The translations under genes were made by a program, and so were the position numbers. Of a stretch of DNA of 64,000 nucleotides, positions 19,805 through 29,299 are shown one piece after another. Position 1 is the stretch's first letter, and each line of letters starts with the position of its first letter. The notes under the pieces are model-generated. The model worked only from the letters and a program-made list of their open reading frames with translations. It was not told the DNA's origin and did not search any database. Origin of the DNA: a virus; IMG/VR virus record IMGVR_UViG_3300025407_001359. One strand, 5' to 3'.

Positions 19805-21033
19805 TAAAACGATCAATTACCAAATTTAACAATGTAAATCTAGAGGAAAATCCCAATCTAGGTTATTACACAGTGGGCGACAGCGTGTACTTCACCAAGG
19901 TACAGGCCTTGATTGAAGGTACCCGTACCAATCAATTTCCTACCTGGAACTTCAACAACGATGTGTATGGAAAAATGTCCTGGACCCAGGAACCCGAAGT
20001 TGGACTGCTGGATTTGTATCGTATGCGAGCACAACAACTGCGTGACAAATACGACTACATAAGGATAGAATGTTCAGGCGGCAGTGACAGCACACAGGCC
20101 TTGTTTGCTTTTTTACTTAACGATATACACGTGGACGAAATAGTGTTTCGCTATCCCAAAGCTGGTGAAAAAAATATTCCAGTTGAAAGCAGCAATTATC
20201 GTTGTGAAAATACCTTGAGTGAAGCTGAACTGGCCACTAGACCTCTGCTGAACTGGGTGGCCACACATCATCCTCAAGTTAAAATTACTGTACACGATTA
20301 CTCGGCTGATATGTTGGTCAACGAAGATAGAGATGAAAGTTGGGTATATAGTGCCAAAGAATTTTTACAGCCCGGGCACGTGACAAAATTTCCCAACTAC
20401 CAAACCATTGAGCACAAACTGTTGGCTGATGCTGGCAAACGCATCTGTGTGTTGTACGGCATCGACAAACCCAAGATGTGTATTAGAGAAAATCATTGGT
20501 ACTTGTATTTTATGGATTTTCAAGCCAACTATGCCAACCCCGATGTGGGCGACTACACCAATATTACCAACGAGTATTTTTTCTGGACTCCGGACTTGCC
20601 TGAAATCTCGGTCAAGCAAGCACACACTATTATGAACTGGTTCAACAAACCTGAAAATCGTCATATGCAATTCCTAGCACGTTGGCCCAATCACTCGGTG
20701 GCTCAACGTACCACGTATGAAAACCTCATCAAGCCCTTGATATATCCCGACTACGACCCTCTCACATTCCAGGTGGCCAAACCCAGCACAAACTTTTACA
20801 GTGAAATGGACTACTGGTTCTATGAAAATTTCAAGGATCACAAACTGTATCAAAGCTGGCAAGCTGGTATAAAATTTGTTGAAGGACAAATTGATCCCAA
20901 GTATTTTAACAAACAGTTTGGCCGTGTGGTCAGCTTTGTGGGTTTCTTGAGCCCGTTCTACTATCTCGGTGATGCGTTGGCTGACACTAATGCCAAGCAG
21001 ACGTTTGCAGTACAAGTACACGATCGGTTTTGA
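19801..21033 (+). CDS. PP-loop (adenine nucleotide alpha-hydrolase-like) protein, paralog 1
   Basis: IECSGGSDS (SGGxDS) motif. Confidence 0.7.
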   Translation: MIKRSITKFNNVNLEENPNLGYYTVGDSVYFTKVQALIEGTRTNQFPTWNFNNDVYGKMSWTQEPEVGLLDLYRMRAQQLRDKYDYIRIECSGGSDSTQALFAFLLNDIHVDEIVFRYPKAGEKNIPVESSNYRCENTLSEAELATRPLLNWVATHHPQVKITVHDYSADMLVNEDRDESWVYSAKEFLQPGHVTKFPNYQTIEHKLLADAGKRICVLYGIDKPKMCIRENHWYLYFMDFQANYANPDVGDYTNITNEYFFWTPDLPEISVKQAHTIMNWFNKPENRHMQFLARWPNHSVAQRTTYENLIKPLIYPDYDPLTFQVAKPSTNFYSEMDYWFYENFKDHKLYQSWQAGIKFVEGQIDPKYFNKQFGRVVSFVGFLSPFYYLGDALADTNAKQTFAVQVHDRF

Positions 21034-22304
21034 TGAGCAAAATAGAATTGACCAGTCACGCTGATGTGACATTTGAGCCCAACAAAAAGCTGGGTTATTA
21101 TTTGTTGGGCGACAAAATCTACTACAACAAGTTTCAAGCCTTGTTGGACGAAGCACGTCAAACTGAACACACCGTCAAGTGGTTTTTCAATGATGTGGAT
21201 TTTGCACGAGCTCGTTGGACCGAAGAGCCCGAAGAGGACATACGCGAACTGTATCGCCAACGTGCCCAACAACTACGCGACAAGTACGACTGGATACGGG
21301 TAGAAGCCTCGGGTGGTGCCGACTCAACCACTGCGGTGTTTGCATTCTTGCTCAACGGCATACACCTAGACGAAGTCATATTCCGCTATCCCAAGGCCGG
21401 TGAAAAAAACGTAGTTACTGGAGCCGGTGATCTCAGTTGCGAAAACACACTGAGCGAATGGCAATTTGCAGCCAAACCGTTGTTTGACTGGATTGCCACA
21501 CATCATCCCAGTACCAAAATTACCTTTCACGACTACAGTGAAAATCTCCTAGCTGATGAGAATCACAGAGATGAATCGTGGATTTTCCGTACCAGACATT
21601 TTTTACAGCCTGGGCACTATACCAAGCATACCAATCTGTTGCCCGAGCATCAACGCATTGCTGATCAAGGACTGCGTATGTGTGTGCTGTACGGCACAGA
21701 CAAGCCCAAGGTCTGTATCAAAGACAACAAGTTCTGGATTTACTTTGTTGATGCGCCCACAGGCGAAAACGATCCGTACTTTGGCCGATATACCAATATG
21801 ACCAACGAGTATTTTTACTGGTCACCAGACGCCACTCGTATGCTGGCCAAGCAAGCACACCTGATCAAGCAGTGGGCCGAAATGCCGGCCAATCACAAAA
21901 TGCAGAATCTGTTGCGTTGGCCCAACAACAGCTTTGCTACCAGAACAATGTACGAGCAATTTGTCAAAGCCATTATATACCCAGATTATGACAGCAACAC
22001 TTTTCAAGTGGTAAAAAGTACCAACAACATCTACAACGAAATGGATCACTGGTTTCATACCAACTTCAAAGGCACACGCCTGTACGAAACCTGGGAAGCC
22101 GGCGTCAACTATTTGTTGACCAATGTTGGCGCACAGCACGTGGGAATCAAAAAAGGTGTGGCCACAGATCTTACAGTATTTCAAAGTGCCTTTTATTACA
22201 TAGGCGAATGTGATATTCCTGTTGTCACCCCTTTGGTCAATCCCAAACCCGATAAAACTGCTACCTACAAGCACGTTTTGAACGGTAAATTATCAATTTA
22301 TTAA
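21033..22304 (+). CDS. PP-loop protein, paralog 2
   Basis: VEASGGADS; colinear with paralog 1. Confidence 0.7.
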   Translation: MSKIELTSHADVTFEPNKKLGYYLLGDKIYYNKFQALLDEARQTEHTVKWFFNDVDFARARWTEEPEEDIRELYRQRAQQLRDKYDWIRVEASGGADSTTAVFAFLLNGIHLDEVIFRYPKAGEKNVVTGAGDLSCENTLSEWQFAAKPLFDWIATHHPSTKITFHDYSENLLADENHRDESWIFRTRHFLQPGHYTKHTNLLPEHQRIADQGLRMCVLYGTDKPKVCIKDNKFWIYFVDAPTGENDPYFGRYTNMTNEYFYWSPDATRMLAKQAHLIKQWAEMPANHKMQNLLRWPNNSFATRTMYEQFVKAIIYPDYDSNTFQVVKSTNNIYNEMDHWFHTNFKGTRLYETWEAGVNYLLTNVGAQHVGIKKGVATDLTVFQSAFYYIGECDIPVVTPLVNPKPDKTATYKHVLNGKLSIY

Positions 22305-22310
22305 CACCGT

Positions 22311-22318
22311 CATAAATA
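22311..22318 (+). promoter_or_regulatory. Late promoter CATAAATA
   Basis: TAAATA core ahead of a ~160-nt non-coding leader. Confidence 0.6.
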
Positions 22319-22323
22319 TCTAT

Positions 22324-22440
22324 GCAACGCCGGTATATGCCGACGTCGGACTTAACATTGACGCCTAGGGTAGTGAAACCCTTTTACTAGTGTGATACAC
22401 CTAGAACGCCGATTCCCGTAAGTAGCACACGCTACAAGCC
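22324..22440 (+). ncRNA. Candidate structured 5' leader (riboswitch-like) of dctP
   Basis: Stems CGTC/GACG, CTAGG/CCTAG, AGGGT/ACCCT, GTGT/ACAC and GTAGC/GCTAC in an unusually long intergenic region. Confidence 0.45.
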
Positions 22441-22477
22441 TTAAACAAAAAAACTTTTGCAAAAGGTAATTTTTAAA

Positions 22478-22957
22478 ATGAAAACAACAACAATTCGCTG
22501 GGTTATTGCTCACGAGCCGTTAGATCTATTCTTACGTGCCGCTAAGGATTTCCAAGACTATTTGAATGCAACACAATCTGTAGAAAAAATTGAAGTAGAA
22601 GTAATGACATTGGGCGAGTACTCTGCCAAGTACAAGAACGGTGCTCCTGTAACCAAACACGATCTATTAGATCTAATGGAATCAGGCGAAATCGAAATGA
22701 GCCAAATGTACACAACTTGGTTAGCTGAAAAGTATGACCACGATATGTTAGCTCTAGAAATGCCATTCTTGTTTGAAAACCACGACCACGCTACTCGCGT
22801 GTTAGAGGGTGAAGTTGGTGAGTTCTTGCTAGACAAGATCACCGAATCAGGCAACGTTCGTGGTATGGCTTTCACATACTCAGGCGGTTTCCGTAACGTA
22901 TTAAGCAGCAAGAAAGTTGAATCACTAAAAGGATTAACTGGTGAAGATCAGAACTAA
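22478..22957 (+). CDS. dctP: TRAP solute-binding protein DctP, N-terminal part (frameshifted)
   Basis: HDLLDLMESGEIEM, LEMPFLFENHDHA.RVL.GEVG, GFR; no signal peptide; stops at ...KGLTGEDQN. Confidence 0.8.
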   Translation: MKTTTIRWVIAHEPLDLFLRAAKDFQDYLNATQSVEKIEVEVMTLGEYSAKYKNGAPVTKHDLLDLMESGEIEMSQMYTTWLAEKYDHDMLALEMPFLFENHDHATRVLEGEVGEFLLDKITESGNVRGMAFTYSGGFRNVLSSKKVESLKGLTGEDQN

Positions 22958-23435
22958 TCGTAATCCGGTAGCTCAGGAAACTTTCAAGGCGTTGGGCGTT
23001 GATGCGTCCGACATACACATTTGCGAAATCGAAGATCTTGCACCACACATCAAAGCAGGTGAGTGTGATGCAGGCGAAGGAGTTTACAGCCGTGTTTATC
23101 CGTTGGGACAGGACGAAGTTACAGAATCTGTTATCGACAGCAAACACAGCTTGTTCTTGACTACCATGATTATCGGCGACAAATTTTTTAAAAGTTTGAG
23201 CCCAGAAGTACGTGCTATTATCAAAGAAGCAGCCATAGTAGCCGGGCGCAAAGAGCGTTTAAAAACAATTGAGGATGGCGAAGAAGCCAAAGCCAAATTG
23301 ATCGCCGAAGGTGTCAACATTCACGATTTAACCGAAGAAGAACTGGCTGAGTGGAAAGAAAAGTCTCAAGTGGTCTATGACAAATTTGAACCAACTTTTA
23401 CTCCTGGTCTAATCGACAAAATCAAACGCAGTTGA
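22941..23435 (+). CDS. dctP: DctP C-terminal part in the +1 frame
   Basis: VKIRTNRNPVAQETFKALG continues the DctP KGLKIR motif; FFKSLSPE.RAII.EAA; GVNIH. Confidence 0.8.
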   Translation: MKIRTNRNPVAQETFKALGVDASDIHICEIEDLAPHIKAGECDAGEGVYSRVYPLGQDEVTESVIDSKHSLFLTTMIIGDKFFKSLSPEVRAIIKEAAIVAGRKERLKTIEDGEEAKAKLIAEGVNIHDLTEEELAEWKEKSQVVYDKFEPTFTPGLIDKIKRS

Positions 23436-23446
23436 TTTAACCAAAT

Positions 23447-23479
23447 AAACGGACAGGTATTTACAGCCTGTCCGTTTTT
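23447..23479 (+). terminator. Intrinsic terminator
   Basis: 11-bp stem AAACGGACAGG/CCTGTCCGTTT plus T-run. Confidence 0.85.
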
Positions 23480-23488
23480 CTTTATAAT
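23460..23488 (+). promoter_or_regulatory. Sigma70-type promoter overlapping the terminator
   Basis: TTTACA-17 nt-TATAAT. Confidence 0.65.
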
Positions 23489-23522
23489 TACAATACAACC
23501 TCAATAACCTAGGATTTCAACA

Positions 23523-24437
23523 ATGAAAAAGATTCTCGCCCTATTGCTGTGCGCTTTTGCACTATCTGCAACAGCTAAAGAAACAGTAACAATCATGTAC
23601 GGCTTTAGTCCAGCCGACACCATGGCCAACTACAGCCGCACACTGGCCGAAGAAGCCAACCGGATTCAAGACAAGTACACATTTGTGTTTGATACCAAAC
23701 CTGGTGCTGGCAATAGTATTGCAGCCAACTATGTGTTGAAAACACCAAACACCATTTTTGCCACATCGGGCGCATTTTTTGTACGACCAAACTTTTATCC
23801 CAACGAAAGCTACGATGTGCAGGCATTCCAGGAAATTCTACCACAATGTAATGCACCAATGAGCATTGCCAGTGTCAAATACAAGAGCTGGAAAGAAGTG
23901 CCTGCCAATGCACCAATTACCGTTGCCACCAGTGGACTGGGTGTAGTCAGTCATTTGACAGCGTTGCAAATACTAAAGAAATATCCCAATGGCAAAGTTA
24001 TTCCGTTCAAGTCAACCACAGATGCACTGGTATCTACTGTGGCTGGTCAAACAGATTTTGCTGTAGGCTTTCTAGGCGACCACGAAAAGTGGACCGATCC
24101 TGATGGCAAAGTGCGAGTCACTATTCTAGGCACATCAGGTCCCAAACCAGTCAACGGTCACCCCAGCCTGGTCAGTGCTGGATTTGACAAGATTTTGGCA
24201 TCCACCGACAATCCACATCAATTGATGATTCCAGTAACTACACCCAAGGCGCAGGCCGACGAATGGCGCAAGATCCTGTTCAAAGCTGCCAATAGCAAAT
24301 CAGTGCGTGATGCTTACGCAGTGGATCACTGCGGTATACTAGATCGTATGGAAGACAAAGACATTCAGCCTTGGTTCCAGGCACAAAATGCCATGTGGTC
24401 CAAGCTCACAGTCGGTGTCAAACTAGACAACAAATAA
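23523..24437 (+). CDS. Second Bug/TctC-family solute-binding protein
   Basis: Signal peptide MKKILALLLCAFALSATA; KPGAGNSIAA, IPFKS...LVSTVAGQTDF. Confidence 0.8.
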   Translation: MKKILALLLCAFALSATAKETVTIMYGFSPADTMANYSRTLAEEANRIQDKYTFVFDTKPGAGNSIAANYVLKTPNTIFATSGAFFVRPNFYPNESYDVQAFQEILPQCNAPMSIASVKYKSWKEVPANAPITVATSGLGVVSHLTALQILKKYPNGKVIPFKSTTDALVSTVAGQTDFAVGFLGDHEKWTDPDGKVRVTILGTSGPKPVNGHPSLVSAGFDKILASTDNPHQLMIPVTTPKAQADEWRKILFKAANSKSVRDAYAVDHCGILDRMEDKDIQPWFQAQNAMWSKLTVGVKLDNK

Positions 24438-25693
24438 TGAATCCGTACGGAATTGAACAAAATCCCAAGCTGGGCTATTACAAGGTAGCCGATCAGGTTT
24501 TTTACAGCAAGCCCGAAGCCTATATCTATGCTACCAATATTGGTATGGACCCAGTGTGGAATTTCAACGCTGTAACCTATGCCAAGACCCAGTGGAACGT
24601 TGAACCTGAGCTGGACATACGTGAGCTGTACAAAATGCGAGCACAGCAGATTCGTGATCGCTATGACTGGATACGTGTGGAAGCATCAGGTGGTGGTGAC
24701 TCAACCACGGCTATTTTCAGTTTCTTGCTGAATGGTATACACCTGGACGAAGTCATATTTCGTTATCCCAAGCAGGGTGAAAAAGGAGTCAGTAATGATC
24801 CTTTCACAACCAATCCCATTAATACCTTGAGTGAGTGGCAGTTTGCGGCTCGCCCACTGTTGGATTGGATCAAAACGCACTATCCCAAAACTATCTGCAC
24901 AGTACACGACTATTCAGAGGATATGCTCAAAGAAGAAGGTACCAGAGATGAGTCGTGGGTGTTTACTACCAAAGACTGGTTCCAACCCGGGCACGGCAGC
25001 AAACACACACACTTTGGCACAAAGGAACACAGAGATCTAGCCGAATCGGGCAAACAGATTGCTGTGGTGTACGGAGTAGACAAACCCAAAGTGGCTTTGG
25101 TTGACAACGAATGGTACAGCTACTTTATTGACTTACACGCCAATCACGGCAATCCAGTCAGCAACGGGCACGACAACATTACCACTGAGTTGTTTTACTG
25201 GACACCAGACTTGCCTGAGATTTCAGTCAAACAGGCACACCTGATTCGTCGCTGGTTTGATATGCCACAGAACCATCACCTGCGTCACTTGGTCAACGAA
25301 CAAGATCCCAATCAGCGTACTGCTTATGAATTTATTGCCAAGAGCATTATATACCCAGATTATGATCTGCAGACCTGGCAAACTGCCAAACCCACCAACA
25401 GTTTTTATAACGAAATGGACTATTGGTTCTTTACCAATTTCAAAGATACCAACCTGTACAATGCCTGGGAACAAGGTCTCAAATTCTTAACCGACAAAAT
25501 CAATCCCAAGTATTTTTATCGTCAATTAGGCGAACCAGTGGGACTGACTATGCAACGCAGTCCCTACTATCACATTGGTACTGCTGCAATTTCTGACTCA
25601 GCACCGGCTGTGCCCAACCGTGATTATATGCAAAAGAAACAGGTTGATGTGGCCCTGGTCAAAAATAAAAAGTTTACCACCGTTAAAATCTAA
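24437..25693 (+). CDS. PP-loop protein, paralog 3
   Basis: VEASGGGDS; colinear with paralogs 1 and 2; start overlaps the Bug2 stop. Confidence 0.7.
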   Translation: MNPYGIEQNPKLGYYKVADQVFYSKPEAYIYATNIGMDPVWNFNAVTYAKTQWNVEPELDIRELYKMRAQQIRDRYDWIRVEASGGGDSTTAIFSFLLNGIHLDEVIFRYPKQGEKGVSNDPFTTNPINTLSEWQFAARPLLDWIKTHYPKTICTVHDYSEDMLKEEGTRDESWVFTTKDWFQPGHGSKHTHFGTKEHRDLAESGKQIAVVYGVDKPKVALVDNEWYSYFIDLHANHGNPVSNGHDNITTELFYWTPDLPEISVKQAHLIRRWFDMPQNHHLRHLVNEQDPNQRTAYEFIAKSIIYPDYDLQTWQTAKPTNSFYNEMDYWFFTNFKDTNLYNAWEQGLKFLTDKINPKYFYRQLGEPVGLTMQRSPYYHIGTAAISDSAPAVPNRDYMQKKQVDVALVKNKKFTTVKI

Positions 25694-25730
25694 ACAGGTT
25701 GCTGGCTGGTTTTCGATAAATAATTGTACT

Positions 25731-26264
25731 ATGCCGGCAAATATTAAAGAACTACTACAAAATACCAAAGAAATTTTTATGACTGATTCAGCAGTGAGTA
25801 CTCTGCTGGATTTTGAACGTGTGCTAGACGAATTAGACTTGTATGCGTTTGCTCATTGGAAAAATGGCGAATTGGTTGAAGGTCCTGTTTACGAAAAATA
25901 CTTTGTAAAATGCACCTTTATGTGGCCTTACAAAAAGATGCCAGACCCACGTGGTGCGGCACGACTAAGCGAGTACGATTGCGATATCAGCTACAAACAG
26001 GATTTCTTTGAACATCCTATCAAAGTAAAAACCCCAATGGATTTCAAACCAGGAACCAAGTTTCCTAGAATGATCAAAAGTCCAATTTGGTTGGTTGAAA
26101 TTGTTATGCCCAAGAAACTGATGCAAGACATCGAGCAAGGCGCCTTGGAATTGGAATCGGGCACAGTTGATATGGAAGACATTGATTCTGCATACGAAAC
26201 TGGCGCAGATGACGAAACACAAGCCACACAGGATTTGAACAATGAACAACAACCACAACAGTAA
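25731..26264 (+). CDS. Conserved phage hypothetical late protein
   Basis: GATAAATA at 25715-25722, 8 nt before the ATG; MPDP.GA.RL segment. Confidence 0.7.
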   Translation: MPANIKELLQNTKEIFMTDSAVSTLLDFERVLDELDLYAFAHWKNGELVEGPVYEKYFVKCTFMWPYKKMPDPRGAARLSEYDCDISYKQDFFEHPIKVKTPMDFKPGTKFPRMIKSPIWLVEIVMPKKLMQDIEQGALELESGTVDMEDIDSAYETGADDETQATQDLNNEQQPQQ

Positions 26265-26805
26265 TTTGGCCGAAGGATTGGAACAGGGCGATCTAGCACG
26301 ACTAATTCATACTGAATTGCACGTTGACGAGTTCAAAAGCAAGCTGGGCGATGATGCTGATGTAATTGTGCTCAGCTTCAAAGTTGATTCAAAAGAACCT
26401 GCAGCTGACCTGGTCGATTTCATTGAAAAAGGTTACGAGTGGGTGTTGGATTCTGACGTCAGCTCAGGCGAAATGGACGACGGCAGCTATATTGTGTTTG
26501 TTGAATTGGATCGCAATGCAGAATCTGCAGACAACATCATGATGTTGATGACCGATTTGATGAATGTGACTGACCAAGAAATATCAGACTGGCGTGTGCG
26601 TTATTACAAGGCACACAAAGAAAGAGAATTGAGTTTGGAATCATTGAAATCATTGATTCCCGACAGTCCCGAAGCCTACGAACGCAAGTACGGACAACAA
26701 GAGATAGATGCATTAAAAACAGCTGCCGGTGTGGATGTTGATACCAAAGCACCAAAAAATGACTTTACTGAATCACTAAGGAATTTGGCCGGCATAATTC
26801 GATAA
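26242..26805 (+). CDS. Hypothetical late protein
   Basis: 187 aa; N-terminal LAE resembles a head-protease site. Confidence 0.65.
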   Translation: MNNNHNSNLAEGLEQGDLARLIHTELHVDEFKSKLGDDADVIVLSFKVDSKEPAADLVDFIEKGYEWVLDSDVSSGEMDDGSYIVFVELDRNAESADNIMMLMTDLMNVTDQEISDWRVRYYKAHKERELSLESLKSLIPDSPEAYERKYGQQEIDALKTAAGVDVDTKAPKNDFTESLRNLAGIIR

Positions 26806-26817
26806 TAAGGAAATAAA

Positions 26818-27444
26818 ATGACTTTTCAATTTAATTTTACACAAGACCAATTACAACAATTTTTACCAAACAATCAGCACGTGCCACACTGGTACGAAGC
26901 ACTAAGCAAAGTGTTGCCTGATTACGATATTACCACTGTACAACGTGTGGCCAGTTTCCTTGGCGAAACTTATGTGGAATCAGCTGGATACACAGCTATT
27001 CAAGAAAACTTAAACTATCGTCCAGAGACACTAATGAAGACCTGGCCTAGTCATTTCCCAACTATGGATATTGCTAATCAATACGGTCATCATCCCGAGC
27101 AGATCGCTAATCGTGCCTATGCTGGTCGTATGGGCAATGGTCCCGAAGAAAGCGGAGATGGTTGGAAGTTTTGCGGTCGTGGTTTGATTCAGCTTACCGG
27201 TCGTGCAAACTATCAAGCATTTGCCGACAGCATCAGTACACCAATTGATCAGTTGCCTGATTTCCTACAAACCTTTGAAGGCTGTGTACAAAGCGCCTGC
27301 TGGTTCTGGGAAGCAAACAACCTAAATCAGTATGCTGATCAAGGTGCCATTGATCACGAATCACGTATTGTAAACGGTGGTACACTGGGCTTGCAAGAAC
27401 GTCGTGCCGCATACGAACGTGCTTTACAAATCTTACAATCATAA
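26818..27444 (+). CDS. GH19 (chitinase-like) endolysin
   Basis: FLGETYVES, ENLNY, GDGWKFCGRGLIQLTGRANY, S.RIVNGG. Confidence 0.88.
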   Translation: MTFQFNFTQDQLQQFLPNNQHVPHWYEALSKVLPDYDITTVQRVASFLGETYVESAGYTAIQENLNYRPETLMKTWPSHFPTMDIANQYGHHPEQIANRAYAGRMGNGPEESGDGWKFCGRGLIQLTGRANYQAFADSISTPIDQLPDFLQTFEGCVQSACWFWEANNLNQYADQGAIDHESRIVNGGTLGLQERRAAYERALQILQS

Positions 27445-27908
27445 TGTTTGAACTGATTGTCAACCATCTACTAGGCAATATACCTGTCTGGGTATTTCCA
27501 TTCATGGCCGGCGGTGGAGTAGCCACTTACATCATAGCCGGTATTGCCAGTCATATACCACCTGTTAGAATATATGCTTTGATAGCACGTCCCGTAGCAT
27601 TTGTGGTATTTGTACTAGGGGTGTTCTTTTATGGCGGTGCTGGTGTAATTGCTGTTCAGCAACAGGCCCTGGCTGAAGCCAAACAAAAAATTGCCTTGGC
27701 AGAACAGGCCAGTGCAGATGCTAGCCAAAGACTGGCAGATGCACTAGCAGCCAACGAGCACTTGGTCAAAGGACGTGGCTACGGTGTCAAACAAATTATT
27801 GTACACGACAAACAGATTATCGACAAAGACTGTGCCCGTATCAATGATCAGGCCTGGGCCGACTACAATCGTGCTGTAAAAAATACAGGAAGTGCTCCAG
27901 CCAAATGA
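27444..27908 (+). CDS. Inner-membrane spanin-like protein
   Basis: Two hydrophobic segments then a coiled coil, directly after the endolysin. Confidence 0.55.
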   Translation: MFELIVNHLLGNIPVWVFPFMAGGGVATYIIAGIASHIPPVRIYALIARPVAFVVFVLGVFFYGGAGVIAVQQQALAEAKQKIALAEQASADASQRLADALAANEHLVKGRGYGVKQIIVHDKQIIDKDCARINDQAWADYNRAVKNTGSAPAK

Positions 27909-28174
27909 AAAGATCAATAGTTATACTTTCTTTGTTGTTATCTGCTTGTGCCAATACAGCCGCACCAGTTATACCTGCGTGGCCCACAGCACCGGCTGAT
28001 CTACAGCGACCAGCTGCTGATCTAACACCGCTTACTCCTGACCAACGCAACCTGTCAGATCTAATTTCTAACTCCAATGACAATTATACTCAGTACTACA
28101 TCCTAAAAGAACGCTATGAAGGTTGGCAGAACTGGTACAACACTCAACAAAAAATTTGGCAAGGCCTACAGTAA
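27905..28174 (+). CDS. Outer-membrane lipoprotein (o-spanin-like)
   Basis: Lipobox LSAC, Pro-rich N-terminus, overlaps the i-spanin candidate. Confidence 0.65.
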   Translation: MKRSIVILSLLLSACANTAAPVIPAWPTAPADLQRPAADLTPLTPDQRNLSDLISNSNDNYTQYYILKERYEGWQNWYNTQQKIWQGLQ

Positions 28175-28245
28175 TCAAACTGTAACACAACGATTTACAG
28201 AAAAAACTAAATAAGTGCGTACATAATTTTTTCTGTGGATTTTCA

Positions 28246-29298
28246 ATGACCAAACTGCTTTTTATTCTCAAACGACGAGAAGATTACAATCCTGTCAAGC
28301 ATTCGCCGCTGGGCTTGTCAACAGGCCTATTTAACTCGGCCAGCTTTGTTGTCAATATGCTTAACTCGGCTGGTATCGAAGCGGCTATGGAAGTGGCCAT
28401 AGACAACAACTGTATCGACCAAATGGTCAAACAACACCAACCCACTCACGTGATCATTGAAGCATTATGGGTGGTGCCAACTAAATTTTCAGTATTGACC
28501 AAACTACACCCCAATGTAAAATGGATCATTCGTTTGCACAGCGAAATGCCATTCATGGCCGGCGAAGGTATGGCCATGGATTGGTTGGGAGAATACATCA
28601 ATTTTCCAACCATTGACATTGGCATCAATGCTCCACGTATGTTGAGCGAAATACAAACATATCTTACTGTTAAAAAGGGCTGGAATAAACAGCAAACTGC
28701 TGAACGTATCTATTATTTGCCCAATCACTACCCACAGGATTATGTACACAAACTGTTTGACCGCAACAAATACTGGATTGACATTGGCTGTTTTGGTGCT
28801 GTACGGCCCTTAAAGAATCATATGCTACAAGCAGTGGCAGCCCTTAAATTTGCAACAAAAATCAACAAACAATTACGATTCCATATCAACTCGGGACGCA
28901 TAGAAATGAAGGGCGATCCTGTTATGCATAATTTACGTGGATTTTTTCAACACCTAAGCGATGCTGGACATCAGTTGATCGGACACGAGTGGTGTCCTAG
29001 AGAAGAGTTCCTTGAAGTATGTGCTGGTATGGACATTGGGTTGCAATGTAATTTTAGCGAAACATTTAACATTGTCACAGCAGATCTAATCAGCCAAGGT
29101 GTTCCCATTGTGGGCAGTAAAGAAATACCCTGGAGTTGTGAGTTTTTTAATGCAGATCCAACCGACAGCGACGATATTGCTGATAAATTGCTACGCACCT
29201 ATCGTTTCGCTGGGTTTAATGTTTGGCGCAATCAGCAAAATTTAACTAAATACACAGACAATACCCAGAATGTATGGGAAACAAAATTCAAGGAATAA
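28246..29298 (+). CDS. GT-B glycosyltransferase-like protein
   Basis: FGAVRPLKNH, ETFNIVTAD....VPIVGS (GT4-like C-terminus). Confidence 0.75.
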   Translation: MTKLLFILKRREDYNPVKHSPLGLSTGLFNSASFVVNMLNSAGIEAAMEVAIDNNCIDQMVKQHQPTHVIIEALWVVPTKFSVLTKLHPNVKWIIRLHSEMPFMAGEGMAMDWLGEYINFPTIDIGINAPRMLSEIQTYLTVKKGWNKQQTAERIYYLPNHYPQDYVHKLFDRNKYWIDIGCFGAVRPLKNHMLQAVAALKFATKINKQLRFHINSGRIEMKGDPVMHNLRGFFQHLSDAGHQLIGHEWCPREEFLEVCAGMDIGLQCNFSETFNIVTADLISQGVPIVGSKEIPWSCEFFNADPTDSDDIADKLLRTYRFAGFNVWRNQQNLTKYTDNTQNVWETKFKE

Positions 29299-29299
29299 T

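Noticed and set aside
22324-22440. Assigning the dctP leader to a known riboswitch class (guanidine, SAM, c-di-GMP, glycine)
   Set aside because: I could not match the conserved cores of those classes; kept only as an unassigned candidate.
19801-25693. Calling the PP-loop paralogs QueC or lasso-peptide cyclases
   Set aside because: Only SGGxDS is shared. There is no QueC Cys/Zn cluster, they lie about 25 kb from dpdA, and no lasso precursor or B protein is visible.
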